Positions 10,442 to 25,800 of a stretch of DNA of 64,000 bases are shown here, one piece after another. The notes beneath the pieces were generated by a model that had not been told where the DNA came from, did no database searches, and saw nothing but the letters and a program-made list of their open reading frames with translations. Every line of letters begins with the position of its first letter. The stretch's first letter is position 1. The stretch comes from Octopus sinensis. Lineage: Eukaryota. The stretch covers positions 87,544,001 to 87,608,000 of the forward strand of contig NC_043001.1 in NCBI RefSeq assembly GCF_006345805.1. Direction: 5' to 3'. The position numbers were made by a program, and so were the translations under genes.

Positions 10442-13400
10442 CATATACACGTGTGTGTGTGTGTGTGTATAGAAATAGAGCAATTTGGCCCACGTGTACA
10501 ATTCTTGATCACCACCACCACGACCAAAATGTCAGCTGGTTTCTTGCCTTCAGCTGCTACTTACTACCTACCCATTCATGTCTTTTATTATTTGTTGTTC
10601 TTTTTTTAAACACATTCAGCTTTCGTGGTTTTCTTTCGTTTATAGTCACGTCTAAAAATTTTTAAGGGACTGAAGACTGCACTTTGGAAGATTGAGTAGA
10701 GGTCTAAATAGCAATTTAGAAATTCCAAACAATATAGCTATTTTTCTCCATTTCGTCTCGGTTTCCTATCCGTAGCCTACATCTAACTTTTACGGTACTT
10801 TCCACTTCTGTTTGCCACTATTTGACAGGTGTATTTGTAAACCAGGTTTTACAGTACTTTCCACTTCTGTTTGCCACTATCGTTCTCATTTACAATTAGA
10901 AATTTTTTATTTTAAATAATTTAGCTTCGGCTGCATTTCGAATCTTACACTCTGCCTGCAATCATATCGTTTTACATCTTGTCCACTCTGATCACATCTG
11001 TTTATTTTTCGATTATAATTTCATCTCGCTTATTGTCTCAATTTATGTGGTAATAAACTGAGATAATAAACATTGTGTCCAGATTATTCTTTTATAATTT
11101 CACTCATTTTCGTCATGGATAAGCATGTTTGTATAGTTGAAAAGTTCGCTAGCACTTTGTTCTAAGTTCGATGTCACTGCGCAGTACTGGGTAAGTGACT
11201 TCACCTTATACGTAGAATCCGGTTGACAGGAATTTTGACGAAGCCCTTGTGTGTGAATGTGTACAGGTGTCTTTTCCTGCTCCGTAACTTAGCAGTTTCA
11301 CGAATAGAAATCGATAAAACAAAGTATCAAATTGAAATAAGTACGTTTTTGTTTGCCTTGAAATCATCATTCTGCTTACACTAACAAATGAAACGAATTA
11401 TTTTGGCGTGGCGTGAATATTGTTTAGTACCAGTCGTATATTGGTAAAAGAAAATCAGTTTCACATAAAACCAACCATGCTGGGGTACTGCTTTGAAGAG
11501 TTTTTTTTTCTTCGAAAAAATCGATCTCCTTACCTTTTTCTTTTTTAAGTCTGGTACTAGTTGTTTTTTTTTTTGTTGAACTGCCAAGTTACGGAGATGC
11601 AAACAAACCATCACCAATTGCCAAACTGTGTGGATACTCATAAACAACACACACAATGGGTTTCTATCGGTTTCTGTCTGCTAATTTCACTCGCGGATGT
11701 TTGGTCAACCTGAAGCAATTGTAGAAGGCACTTGTGGTTGGGAAGCTAACTTCCTATCACAGTCATACCTGCGTCTTTAGCATTTTTTGTGGATATTTTG
11801 ATTAATCTTTTTTGTAGGGGAAACTGTTTAAGAGGGAATAAAGTATTAGGGGTCACCACTTTGTGGTAATGGTTAGTGGTGATGGTGGTGAGTAGCAAAA
11901 TACCTCTGGTATTTAGTTGCATCACTTTACACCCTTCATTCAGAAGATGAAGAACTTAAGTTTGGGGGAAAGAAAGCTTTTGATTTCTGTTTGAAGGTTA
12001 TTCCACTTTGGGAAAGTATAAGCACCACCATGCTGTCTGTTGAGTTGAGAGAACTATTATTATTATTTGGGATTGACAAGTCAAGTATTGGGATCAAGCT
12101 AATTTATTATGCTCCTTTCCCAAGATCTAACACTGGATCTTGTCAAACCATGCAACACATTCCAGCATGGAAAACAGCTGTGAAACGATAATGATGATGA
12201 TGATTGTAATATAAATAGTAGTGCACTGCTGTCATTATAAAGCAACCAGTAGAACACTACTTACGTGGCAGATGTCATCGACACAACCATTTACATAAAG
12301 TGCTAGTCAGTTTCCTCAGTTGTACCCTCTTGAAATTGAGGATTTTTGCTAATGTATGAAATCTTTATTTTACTGTGCTTAAGTAAAAAAAAATTTTAAA
12401 CTTATTTTTAATTTAAATTGTCTTGTAAAAACCACGTTCACAATTGGGATTTATTAACCTGTCACTACTACCATTGAGTTTTATCACGTTTTCTTTATTG
12501 TGATGAGTGTAACTATTCAAATTTGTTTTGTAATTATTATAAAATAGGTCTTTATATTTTAAAGATGGATTTAAATCAGTCTGTAGAGTGGCTGTCCTCA
12601 CTGTGCAGAAAAGGAGTCCATATGAATTTCCATATAGTGTACAAGGAGTGTAGTGGAATCACATTCATATGATATGCCCGGTATAAACTATAGATGCACA
12701 AGGGATCATGGACACATTATCAGGGAAAGGTAGCTGTATATATGGCAGACATAAAGTAGTAGTAAGATATGCATGATTTTATAAATATTTGGAAGGCCCT
12801 ATCAAGTTGTAGTTGATAGCTTTCATTACCTAGGTAACTTAATTAGTAGTAGTGGTGGTGTGTGTTCTGAAAGTATTATAGCCAGAAATACAAATGTGAT
12901 GGGGAAATGTTCAGGGGATTATTACATCTGCTGGCAACAAAGAGTTTTTCTCTGAGATGGTACAAGGTGTGTGTACAAAGTGCGATATTGTATGTTAACA
13001 AGACATGAACTTAGAATGCAGGAAAGCATGAACAATGGCACAAATGAATCGTTGGGGTGGAGTTAGGGCATAAAAGTAATTGGAAGTTATGTGCTAGAAA
13101 AGATAACACTGGAGTGAACATGCCACTTGCTCCAAGTGGGTGGAACCTTGGGGGGGGGGAGATCAAGAAAGACATGGGACTAAGTGGTGAAGGCTGATGA
13201 AATGACTAGGAATAGCGACTTGTGGAAAAGTGTCGTGCTGGAGAGGACCTGTCCAATCTATGCAAGTATGGGAAGGTGGTGGTGATGAATATTGGTGTGT
13301 ATGTAACTGTTGGTTCTCTCCTGACTATTATGTATGTTCACATTTGCATCTCCATATGCTGTTCTTCCCATCCAACATCACACTAAACATGTTTGTATTC

Positions 13401-15045
13401 ACTTCCCAGTTTATCATCACTCTTTATTGTTAGCCATCTCTCTTCTATGTCATTACTCTAATTATTAACACCCCCTTTTACTATTATCCCTTTTAATGTT
13501 GTCCATCACACTCACTTCAAATACTCTATCTAGTCATTCTCTTCACTCATTTTCTTGTTCTATTCCATTACTCTTTAGTTACTCTTCCATCACACTTTTT
13601 TGAGACCACCAAGTCTAAGTGAGTGAAAGAACAGAGACCTGATAGGTTAAAGAGTTTCTTTTAGTCTTGCCAAGCTGTTACAGATTACATTCTGTAAAGT
13701 GGTTGACAAATGAACTATGACAGTGTAGAAGAGAGGGAACATTTTGGTCCTATTGCAAACATAACCTCTCCTGTACTGGTTGTACTAGTACAACAGTGTA
13801 TTACATTTAGTATTCTTTGTAAAGTTGTTGGCAAAAGGAAGGACATCCAGCCATAGTAAAACCTATTAAACATTTAGAGTCTGAGACTAGGTCTCTGTCT
13901 GACTTGGCTAGGAGGGAATTAACAATAAGAACTTGATCTTTGGTGACCTGTCCGAACCATACCAGCATAGGAAAGCAAATGTAAAGTGATGATGATGTGC
14001 CTGCCTTCATCTACTACTTGACTATTACAATTTAGTTCTGCTGTTTTTGACTTCTATAGTTATGAGTTCTCTATTAACTGCCAAATATACATGCATACAT
14101 ATATCACCCATGCCAGCAAGGACAGCATACGTTAAACGATGATGATATAAAGTGTGAGGTTGCATGGCCTAGTGGTTAAGGTATTGCACTTATGACCACA
14201 AGATTGTGGTTTCAGTTCCTAGACCATGTGGTGTATTGAGTTCTTGAGCAAAACACTTCATCTCATGTTGCTCTGCAAGCAATTTGCTGCCTGACATGTG
14301 GCACACAGTGCACATGCTCAGATAACATCAATTTGATGGAGATAGTGAGATAGTGCAGCACGAACATTTGATCACTATAAACAAATCATCTGTGCAGGTC
14401 ATTTGGCAAAAAAAGTTGAACACTCATATGTTGTCTTCAACAAGAGAGTCCATCATATATATATTAATACAGTTTTGAAAGCACCCAATGTGGGGTTTTC
14501 ACCAGAAAGTTATTGTTTCAGTTATTGGACTGTAGCCACGCAGTGGATCTTAATGGCACTCCATCAGTTATGACAACTAGGATTCCAGTTGCTCTGATCA
14601 ACGGAACAGCCTGCTCATGAAATTAACCTGTATGGGCTGAGCACTCCACAGACATGTGTGCCTTTAACGTAGTTCTCGGGGAGATTCAGCGTGACTGTGT
14701 GACAAGGTTGGCCCTTTGAAATACAGGTACTATAATTTATATATATAAATAAACATGTCCATTGGCCTGAGTTTCCATGGCTTTGAAACTACAAAGTAAT
14801 AGGTTACTACTGAATTGGCTTAAACCACTGTTACTCTGCATTTGTATGAGTATTTATAGTGCAAGTCATTACACAAGTTTGAGTGCATGCACAGACACAC
14901 ATATTTGCATGCCTGCATTCATGATACAATACTGGGTGTGAGAATCAATATAACTTTGTTTTATAATTCTGTAAAGGAATTTTAATTGTGTCTAGGCCTT
15001 TGTGTATATATTTGCATACAACCGATGTGTGTGTAATATACATAA

Positions 15046-15080
<35 letters not shown>

Positions 15081-18000
15081 ATACACACACTTAATTAGTT
15101 TTCATATAGCTTCCCTTTATCAATAAATATATTAGCATATAAATTATTTATTTTCGCTTGATGATCACATATGTCAATTTAAGCACTATAGATCTTAAAC
15201 ATATGTCTATACATAGGCCTGTCTTAATCACACACACACCTGTCTGGGTCACACACACCCCCGCATAGACTTCACTGTCTATATGCATCTCACACACTTA
15301 CATAATATAGATCATGTATGCATACATCTATGTTGAGTAGCCTGAGACATACACATGCAAACGTTTGTGTAAACAATGTATACAAAGGAGATGCATGAAG
15401 TCATCAACAGAGTCAGACCACATGTCAGCTACTTGTGTAGTGCTAGAAGTGAAGTTGTTAGTAAAATATTTCACTAATGTAGTCACTAAGATTATATTTG
15501 TTGGGTGGGGTTATCTAATGAGTTGTATATAGCTGTGAGATGATGGGCAGAGGGGATATGTATGGCTTTGCCTGGTTTAATTACTTAACTTCCCTTCCCT
15601 CTGTCATATAAACTTAGTCTTTTACCTACTCAAAACTCTAGGCATACTCTCTTCTTCCACAATTTCCATTTCACACACAAATTGTGTCTCAAACGTAACT
15701 GCTTACACTAACATATTTCTGTTGAAATATACTGCCTTTTGAAACTAATGAAGAATTTAGTAAAAGAACTTTGTAGTTATTCTTTCCTGAGCGTCCAATA
15801 ATACTATATATATACTATATTGTGTTTTTTTGTGCTTTCTTGTTTGGATTAACTTTGTAGTTATTAAACTGGTGTTAATTTAGATCACTTTAAGACTGAA
15901 AGTTTGTATCATAGAAGCATTGCAACTTGTACGTTATTGTTGAGTGTCTCAATCTAGCACTGTTTTTCATGTTCTAGTTAAATGGCCTTCTCATTACCCA
16001 AAAAAATGTAGGTATTTTGAAGAAACTTTTTTTCTTAAACAAGATATTTGGTCTGCCATTAACATCTTGATTATGAGTTGGGAACAGTACCTAGTTATCA
16101 ATCAGGAAAACTATGGTTGGCAGAACTATATACTTTGCCTATGATTACAACAGTGACTGCTCTAACATGACCATATGGTGAGATTGAACTGACAGTTTTA
16201 AACTACTAACCTCCTGTATTCTTAGTCTAGTAGCTTGAATTTGGCCCTTTATGTATATATGTGTGTGTGAATATTTATCACCAGCATTATTTTATATTTC
16301 TGTTTGTATAGTGTGCCCTCCCCTTTCTAGATCCCCACTCTTATCCATTGTTATTTTGTAAACTAGTACAATGGTCATGTAAATAATTAGAACTTTCCTG
16401 GTATACTTTGAATATTAATTAAATATTGTAGATAATGCATGACATAGTTTGACAACTATTCAAGCTGTCATTCTGGCATAAACACACACAGACACCAAGA
16501 GTTGAACTCTTTATCTACACCAACTGTAGATATGGACTTGTGAATTTTGTGGAGGTGGGAAGAAGCTAAGTGAGACTTTTCTAATAGTGCTTTGACTGGT
16601 GTTTTCAATCATGATTAGAACTGTTGCCCTTATGTCATTCTAGTTTTTATTTAGTTAGAGACACCCAGCTGTATACATGAAAGGGGAGAGAACTGAAGTC
16701 ATATTAACCAATCCCTGGCGATCTCTGTTTGTGAACACCTAGTCCATATCATTAAAATTACATAATGATGATTGGCCTCCCTCTTCAGAGCCAGAAAATA
16801 CTTCAACCCTTAATGATTACTACTGCAAAGCTTAGGTGAAACCCACAGTGTAATAATTCTCCCACATGTGGGATGGTACTGCTTACTTGCATGCACACAC
16901 CCTAGACCAGGTGTGGGCAACCTTTTATGAGAAGCATGTTGTATGCAATATAGCTCCTTGTCAGGTTGGCTGCACTGCTAAAACAATCTCAAGGTAATTT
17001 CTCATTGGACATGCCATTCAAAAAGTTCTGTGGGCCACACTTTGCCCATGACTCCTAGATCCCTGCATCCAAAGTAAAAGCCTCTTGTTTGATTGTCATG
17101 AAGTCCTCACAGTCACAATGCAATATCTGGTTCAGATATGTTTTCTCTTATCCTCCCCTTTCTCTTCTTTGGTTCCATACCTCCACTAAATGCATTGTTG
17201 TTGCTCATATTGTGTACCCTTGTTTAAGACCTTGCCCTAGCTGTTAAACTCGGTTCTTTCTCTCCAGAATGTTGGCCCTTCAAGAGGAATATTAACCCTG
17301 TCTGTTTCACTTGTCTCAGAAGGCTGGCAAAGGCTACAAGCATAGCCATGTATATCTCGTGTCAATAACCTGTCAGACAGCATTTGCTTAACAGCATTTT
17401 TTTTCTTCCTTTTTCTCTTTGTTGTCTACCAGCCTTGCCAGCTGTTATAGTCTCTTACTCTTGCTTAGGTATATATATATATATAATTTTTTTTTTTTTT
17501 GTCAAAGCAGAAGGGGCATTATTGACAATCTTTGAAGAGAAATACACACTGGCTAGAACGTGTTGCTTTTGTTCTACTTTTCAATCCTCTGTCTCCATTC
17601 TAAAATCTCAATTACCCCCATCAACCCCTGTTTATGCATTCCTAACAAACAAATACTTTAGAAATTACTTAATTTTTCTCCTTTGAAAAAGAAACAACAG
17701 AAATTTCCGGTAGCCCCTTAAGGGACAGGGCTTAACCCTAGTTTTATTTCCTTCAGATAGAGGAAAGATAAATCACCACAGATAGTTCAGAATACTAACA
17801 TATTTTAGCATTGTACAAACATAATTAAATGCCTGCAGCTGATTTGGAATTTGCAATCAGGAATTATTAGTAAATATATTAATCTCCACTTATAATATTT
17901 ATACCTACTTCATGATTTTAAGTAAAGTAATTGTGAGAATATTAAGTTGGAGCTAAGAACTCTTCTTTAAGGGCTTGGTTGGGCTACTGGAGACTTTTAG

Positions 18001-19835
18001 TGTTTTGGATGAAGATCAGGTATTTTTTAAGCTATTGTTTCTTAGGGATGCACAGATAGGGGTGGTAGGGTACTGTGTACACACATGCATGCACTCATTC
18101 ACTCCTATATTATCATAGCTTTTGGGGGGGGGATTGATGTCACTGCCTTTGTATATTCCTTTTGCACAGTAATGTGTCCAGGTGTTGGTACTTTACACAG
18201 TAGCATGTTCCAAGTGTTTAGATTTGACATCTCCATGCAAATCTCTTGTTTTATGGGCATAACTGCATGGTTCTGAAGTTTGCTTCTCAACCATGTGGTC
18301 TCAGGTTCAGTTCCACTTATGCAGTACCTTAACCATTTTGTTACCAACCCGACTGAAACTGGCTGAGTACAAATGTCTTGTCATAAGTTTTGAATTAAAA
18401 TCTTCCACCAAACCTTAGTCACAATTTATGTTCCTAACTTTAGCTGATTGATAACTAAGATTTTTTACTAAATTCTTTGTTATATTTAAAGTAATTGAAA
18501 GAAACACAGAGCATCTCAAAATAAATACAGTTAATGAAAGAGTTAAGTGGTTGTCTTCTACTCTAGCCCCAGGCTGACCAAAACCTTGTGAGTGAGTTTG
18601 GTAGATAGAAACTGAAGAAACCCATCAAGTGTGTGTGTGTGTGTTTGTGTATGTACTCTATTTCTGATATCACATGACAGTTGTAAATAAGCCTCACCAT
18701 CATTCAAGCAGTGTTTCCAGTCTTGTGTATGTTTGTCCCCCACCACTGCTTGTTAACAGGTGTTGGTGTATTTACATCCCCATAACTTAGTGTTTCAACA
18801 AAAGAGACCAATAGAATAAGTTCTGGGGTTGATTAGTCTAACTAAAATTCCTCAAAGTGGTGCACCAGTATGGTTGCTGTCTAATGACTGAAACAAGTAA
18901 AAAATAAAAGAAAGATAACAAAAAGTTATAATCTAGAATGATAATGGAAAGTTTTAATTGCAATTTAACCAAATTAAGGTTAATAGCTAAGGGCTCTAGC
19001 AAAAATGTTAATGTACCAGATATGTACTAGTAGTTAATTTAATGGTTGTAGAATCTTCTACTCTGTACCTTCCACTTTCACTTCCATTCTATGTCTGACA
19101 TTCTTTCAGCCTTTTTCTATTTGGTTCTTAATATTTTTATTTTATTAAGGCAGCAAGTTGGCAGAAACGTGAGCACACCAGGCAAAATGCTTAGCAGTAT
19201 TCCGTCTATCTTTACGTTCAGAGTTTGAATTCTATTGAGGTTCGACTTTGCCTCTCATCCTTTTGAGGTCAATAAATTAAGTACCAGTTGCATACTGGAG
19301 TCAATCTAATCGACTGGCCCCCTCCCCAAAAATTTTGAGCCTTGTGCCTAGACTAGAAAGGAATATTTCTTATTTTATTTCAGTTACCATTATATTAATA
19401 GACTTTTATTTTCTAGATATGGATTTTCTTTCCTTAGGTACACATGCACACATTTGCATTTACAAATACTAACAGAGTGATCCATATATGTTGCAAACTT
19501 ACTCTCTAAAAATCTACAGCGTTGCATATGCTCATGAAATTCCAAGTAGCCAGACAATAAACAATCTTTAAATTGTGTGTCCAACCTATGCCAGCATAGA
19601 ACATGGATGAGAAAGGATATATATATATATGTTGATTCGTTAGTTACTGCACGCATTTTTTTTCTCTCCTTCTATCTGTGTTTTTTTTTCTCTCTGTGTA
19701 TCTTTCTGTTGAAGAGCGTAGGCTCGAAACGTTAAAGACTTGTTTTATTTATATTTCCTGAGCGCCATACTAATACAATTGTTTGTTTGTTTTCCACCTG
19801 CCTTCGTCTTTTGTCTATTTTCATAAAGCTTCCTG

Positions 19836-19878
<43 letters not shown>

Positions 19879-22800
19879 TGCATATACACACATGCATACC
19901 CACCAATAAGATAACTACAAAGTACCCATGCACCCAAAGTATAGACACATACAAGACAACCATGCCTGATGATTACAGCTGCTCTCCACAAATCTGTAAT
20001 TCAAACTACCACATGTGCTCAAGTGCACACATACTTCTATAGACTACTTTTTTTTTTTTTTTGTAAAACACATGAGCCTGTACGCATGCACACACACACA
20101 AATATGTGTGTATCTTTGATCATAAAGTAGTCATTAGTCTTGAGATTCTCACTATTCAGTTTTTGTGTTGAAGGTGAGATTTTCATTGAAAGTTTATTGA
20201 CCTTAAGTATTGACTTTTATTTCTCTAACAAACTGTATTAGAGAAAAAGAGTATGTGTGTCTCTTTTTACATTTTAGCTAATTAGTTATCTCTTCTACTG
20301 AGTGACAGTCATCATAGATAATTGTTATTTGTTCCTCAACTCATAATAACTTTTATGTATCCAGATTGATAAGAGTTGCTTAAGTACAAGAAATTGGAGT
20401 CAAATCTCTTTCAAATCACATCCTACCATTTTAAATAAAGGCTGCATTAGACAGTATTGTCTCTGATATGCAGAAAGATTGAATGATGATGGCAAGAATG
20501 CTTTTGATCACGTCTTCTCAGTCAGGGTTAATTTGAGGTTAAACAACAATTTTTTATGGAGATATGTAGCTGTGTGGTTAAGAAGATTGCTTACCAGTTA
20601 TGTGGTCTCCAGTTCATTCCAACTGTGTTGCACCTTGGCCAACCAAAGCCTTATGTTTGGATCTGGTTGACAGAAACTGAAAGAAGTCTGATGTCTGTAT
20701 GTGTATATATGTGTGTATCCTTATTTAGACATCCTGTGTTGGTTGTAAATGGGTGTCATCATACAAATGAGGTTGTCCATTTTCAGTCTTCTCTGATTAA
20801 CTTGTCTGACTCTCACTTGGAAACAGGTGAGGGTTGATGACAGGAAAAAAGTCTAACTGCAGAAAATCTGCCTCTCAAAATGTCTGACCCAAGCTAGAAT
20901 AGGAATGTGAACATTAAATGATGTTGATGTTTATGCACTATCATTTCCAACCATGTCTATTGCCATAAATTATGAATTTTTATCTGTTCACCAATGCTCT
21001 GTCTTACACCAGTTCCATTATATCATTTCCCATGCAGCTCTCATGGTGTAATTCCAGATTCAGTCTTGGTGAAAACTTTTGCTCACAGTTTAGGATCTGT
21101 AAGAGAGAGTTGAAACTTGGAAGTGAGGATTTGGAATTGTTTTGGTATTTCTGTCAATGTAATGGTATTGCCACTAACTACTGAGATAATTATGTAGTTC
21201 ATAGTTCCATGGAGTATAACTGTCAGTTCATTAATTTTATATCTGTTTTCCATGTTAGTATGGGTTATAAGAATATATTATTAGGCCATTGTTTTACAGC
21301 TGGATACCCTTCCTGTTGATAACCCTTACCTGCTTTTCAAGTAAGGGATCTCTATTTCAGATGTCTTTGAAGGCACAAAGCAAGCAGATGGTTTTATTGG
21401 CAAAAGACACTGAAAGCTTGTAGCTTGTGAATGCAAATATAAACCAACACACACACACAATTATGGGCTTCTTTCACTTTCTGTCTACCAAACTCACTAT
21501 GCTTTGATCAGCCCAGGATTATAGTAGATGATACTTGTCCAAGGTACTACATGGTGGGACTGAACCTGAAACCAGGCCTGCATAGTATCTTATTTGTCAA
21601 TGTAACTATTGACTCTACCTTCACAGTATAACTTGAGCAGTAACAAACCAAATGAGCCTGCATGCACCTATAGAATTTGCAAGAAATAATAGCCAAATCT
21701 CCCTCAAATTGCACCCTAATATCTTGAATGTGGAAGGATATAATAATGTAGTCCAAAATGTGCAACAACTGAGATAAAGATGGGATGGTCCTGGCCAGAA
21801 CACTTTTGACTATTGGCCTGTTCAGTGAAGGCTGATTTGGAATAGCAGCAGTGATTTCTATTACTGGTTGATACAGGCTCTTGTTCAGATTCAACAAGTA
21901 TATGTGAGACATCTTTCTGAATAAGAAACCTTGCCCGCATGCCAACTTTGAAGCTTTTCTTCATATCTAAACAAGTGGGCAGGTTAGACTCCTTATGAGT
22001 TGTATGTTATTGTTGCTCTCAGATTTCTCTGTCAGATGTAATGCTTATTTACACATATTGTTTTGAATTAATTGTAGCTACAAGATTTTGATGATGTGAT
22101 TGTTTATTTTTACAATGACATTGTAGGATAGGTGTGAGAGGCCAGATATGGCCAGCTTAAATGCAAAAGGGGTTAAATCCAGGCCAGTCCTGATTGAGTA
22201 GACTGATGATCAAAGATATTCCAGCCATGACTTTTTTTTTTTATTGAAAACCCTATTCAATATATTTATTTAAAAATGGTTTTATGATTTGAAGATTTGA
22301 CTGCTATTTCTGGTAAACCATGTGATCATAAAGAGACCTGTCTCTCCTAGATTCGATTAGTTGTATGCCTGGAGGTAAATATCCCTATCTTTACATAATT
22401 CAACCATCACCTTTCATTCCATTGTCTTTTCAGGTTTACATCCCATCTATAGTTGATCCAGTGTTTACCTAGGGTATTTACTGTAAAATCAATATAAATA
22501 CAAAGACCCCACTCTCTACCTTGGCTGTTTACCTGGATATTCTATCTATGGCATCAACAATATGTTAGTACACTCACTATTTGTGTACTCAGTATAATAA
22601 TAGCATAATGGAATTAGCTTTCTTTCTGCTACTAATTTCTTTGTTTTCCGGTACTCTCTGGCAACATTACCAATAAACATTTAGACTATTAGTCATTATT
22701 CCACATTGTCCTTGTTCCACTCTCTTACACAGGAACCAAACGATTAACAACTCCTGTCACTACCACCACCACACCTTCCTACTGTCTCCATTAATTTACT

Positions 22801-25800
22801 TAACATTCTTTTTCTAAAATAAAATAAAAAAGAATTATTTAAGTATGAAGTGACCAACTCAGTAAAGCTACCAGACTACTATCTCAGGTGACTTATATTT
22901 CTGCTCAAGATACTTAACCGTTTTGATACCAGCCTAGCTGAAACTGCCTCCAGCTCTAGTACAAATGTCTTGTTTTCAAAAGTCTGGATTAAAATTTTCT
23001 ACCAAACCTTAGTCACAATTTATGTTTCTAACACTAGCTTAATGATAACTAAGTTATTTTACTAAATTCTTTGTTATATTTAAAATTAATTGAAAGAAAC
23101 ACAGAGTACCCCAACAAAAATATGGTAACAAAAGGGTTAATTCAGTGTGCTTCAATTTATCTTTTAGGGGATATTAAATGCAATAGACTAGTGTTCTATT
23201 CATATGGTGTGTGGTTCATTAGTGCAATGTTACACAGCTTAGAGACAAATTGCCCTATGGTAGAAGTAACATTATTGCTTTGGTAAAGTATTGGACCACC
23301 ATTTGCTCATGGATTGTAAATTCAAATAAATTCCAGGTATTGTGTTGTGTTTCTGAAGCAGTACACTTCAGTCTACATAACCTTGGGTCAATTAGTTGTC
23401 AGTAATAGATTCTTGATAATTTGCAGATGTTATCTGTGATAGACTATCCAGAGAGAGATTAACCTTATCCATTTTGTATCTTAATGCCAAAACCAAAGCA
23501 CCCTCCCTTAATCCTTTTATTACCACATTTCTATTGAAATATGCTGCCTTTTCTCAATTAATTTTTAAAATGAAGAATTTTGAAAAGTAACTTACATTTT
23601 TAAGCTGATGTTCTGGCTCCTTAAGTTTTGATTTCAAATTCCGCTGAGGTCAACTTAGCCTTTCATTCGTCTATGGTCAATAAAATAAAATAGCAGTCAA
23701 ACATGGGTTGATGGTGTGAACTAAACTCCTCCCCCTCCAAATTGCTGCCCTTGTGCCTAAATAAGAAACCATTATTAAGCTGGTTTTTGGAACATAAATT
23801 ACCATGAAATTTTAATGGTTTGTGCTAATCTAGAACACTTTAAAACAGGAAGGTTTATATCAAAGAACCAGGTACTAACTCAGACTGTTTGGTATCAAAA
23901 GCTTTTAAAAGAGCTCCTTCTCCAGGGTACATACAATATTGGTTTTTTTTCTTTTTTTTTCTTTTTTCCCAGTTGTCCTGGGAACAGTTTTATGTTAAAA
24001 CTGATCAGATCTGGCCTCTCACACCTACCCTTTGGAGATTATGAACCCAAATGCTCTATAAAATCTCTTCTCCCCACTGCCATATAATTTACTATTTGTT
24101 GTTTTGTTGTGACTTCACTGATGGTTGATCATGACATTGAGTACTTCTTAACACAAAAAAAAAATCCAATAAAGTTGAAAAAATAATTTAAGATGGATTT
24201 TCTAAATTTATATTGGCATCCTAAGTGTTTAATGTGATTTGCATGCTCAAAAAAAATGACTTTCTTATTATAATTACAATGTTTATTAATGGCATTTCCA
24301 GCTAGATATTTTTCTATGATTGTGCCTATATTGCTACCACCCCCACCTCTGAAAAATTATTCAGAACCGCTGCTGAAATGGCTTTTTGTTCTCTATTCTC
24401 TCTGTAACAGTTACTTCAAAACAGGAAGTTTATATCATAGAGCCAAGGTCAGTTACAGGTGTGTTGATCTGAAAATAGTTTGGCAATTTATTGTGTTATT
24501 GACTCAGTTGAACTTGACTACTTTGTGACATACAAAGTTTATGAGGCAAGGAGGGCATGTAGTCTCTTGCTATGAAGAATACTGGCAAAAAAAAAACTTT
24601 TAAATTTCAAACAACTGTTGCCAGTGTTTGGATTCTAAGGGAGTTGATATTGATTGAGAAAGAATGGGAAGTTTTCTGGTGTGTAGAATTCCGTCCATAT
24701 TGGAGTTGTTGAATAAACTGTTTCAAGAAGCTACAAGTTTTATATGTTAATGACTTTATTCAACAACTAATGATATGGCCTAACGTCCACCTTAAATTTC
24801 TCCATGTGCTAAATTACATGTTAAGCACTTAAGCATTTAAATCAGCCATATCCAACTCAAATATTCTACCTGTTTTATGTTAAAACTGATCAGATCTGGC
24901 CTCTCACACCTACCCTTCAGTGTCATTCACAAAATAAGCGAGCACATCATCAAAGTCTTGAAGCTCTGAGATTTTGCATGATTAATTCAAAATACTAAAT
25001 AAATATTGTATCTGATAGAGTAATCTGAATGCTGAAGGGTTAAAGAATACAGTGTCTCAGAAAGAAATTTCAAAGTTTAATTTGCTGTGTGAGCTACAGT
25101 TGCATCTCAACTATGAAAAGCATATTGCACTTCCAAATTATCTACCAAGCAAAAATTAAGCACTTCAACCACAGCCCAAGAAAGTGCATCAATAACCGAA
25201 TAGGAATGACTGGAGGTAAATTCCTGACCTGCTATCATGGTAATCTCTCCGACTTCAGAAACACTAAAAAACAGCCTGTGACCAAGCTCTCCAGTTACAT
25301 TTGCTGTAAGAAGTGGCATCTAATTTATATAAAGTTGAATATAGAAAACTCAAGGACAGAAGAAGAAAAAAAATTAAATTTCTGTATAACTGAAAAAAAG
25401 ATTAATATTGAAACACAGGAGAGGGAACTAGATTTCTTCCTTAATTTAGAATCAGAAGTCCTTGGAAAATGTAGACACAAGTGAAAATTCATTCTAAGAT
25501 CTTGAGTAGTGCTTTTACTACTAAACTTACTGGTACACCTAGGCACCTTTGTACCAATTCTGCTACCCCTGCATCAGAGTTAAGCTTTTAATACCTTCAA
25601 CCCCTCCCCACACGCATGCACACAAACACACACACAATCCAGAACTTGAGCACTCCACTCAATATTCTTTCATACCTCAGTTAAATTATATATCCTTTGG
25701 TTTATTTATATATAGATTTGTGACTGTTCCATGGCACTGAAGTATTTTTGACTTCTATTTTTAGTGATGCAGGTACTTTGTAGTACCCTCGTGTGTGTGT

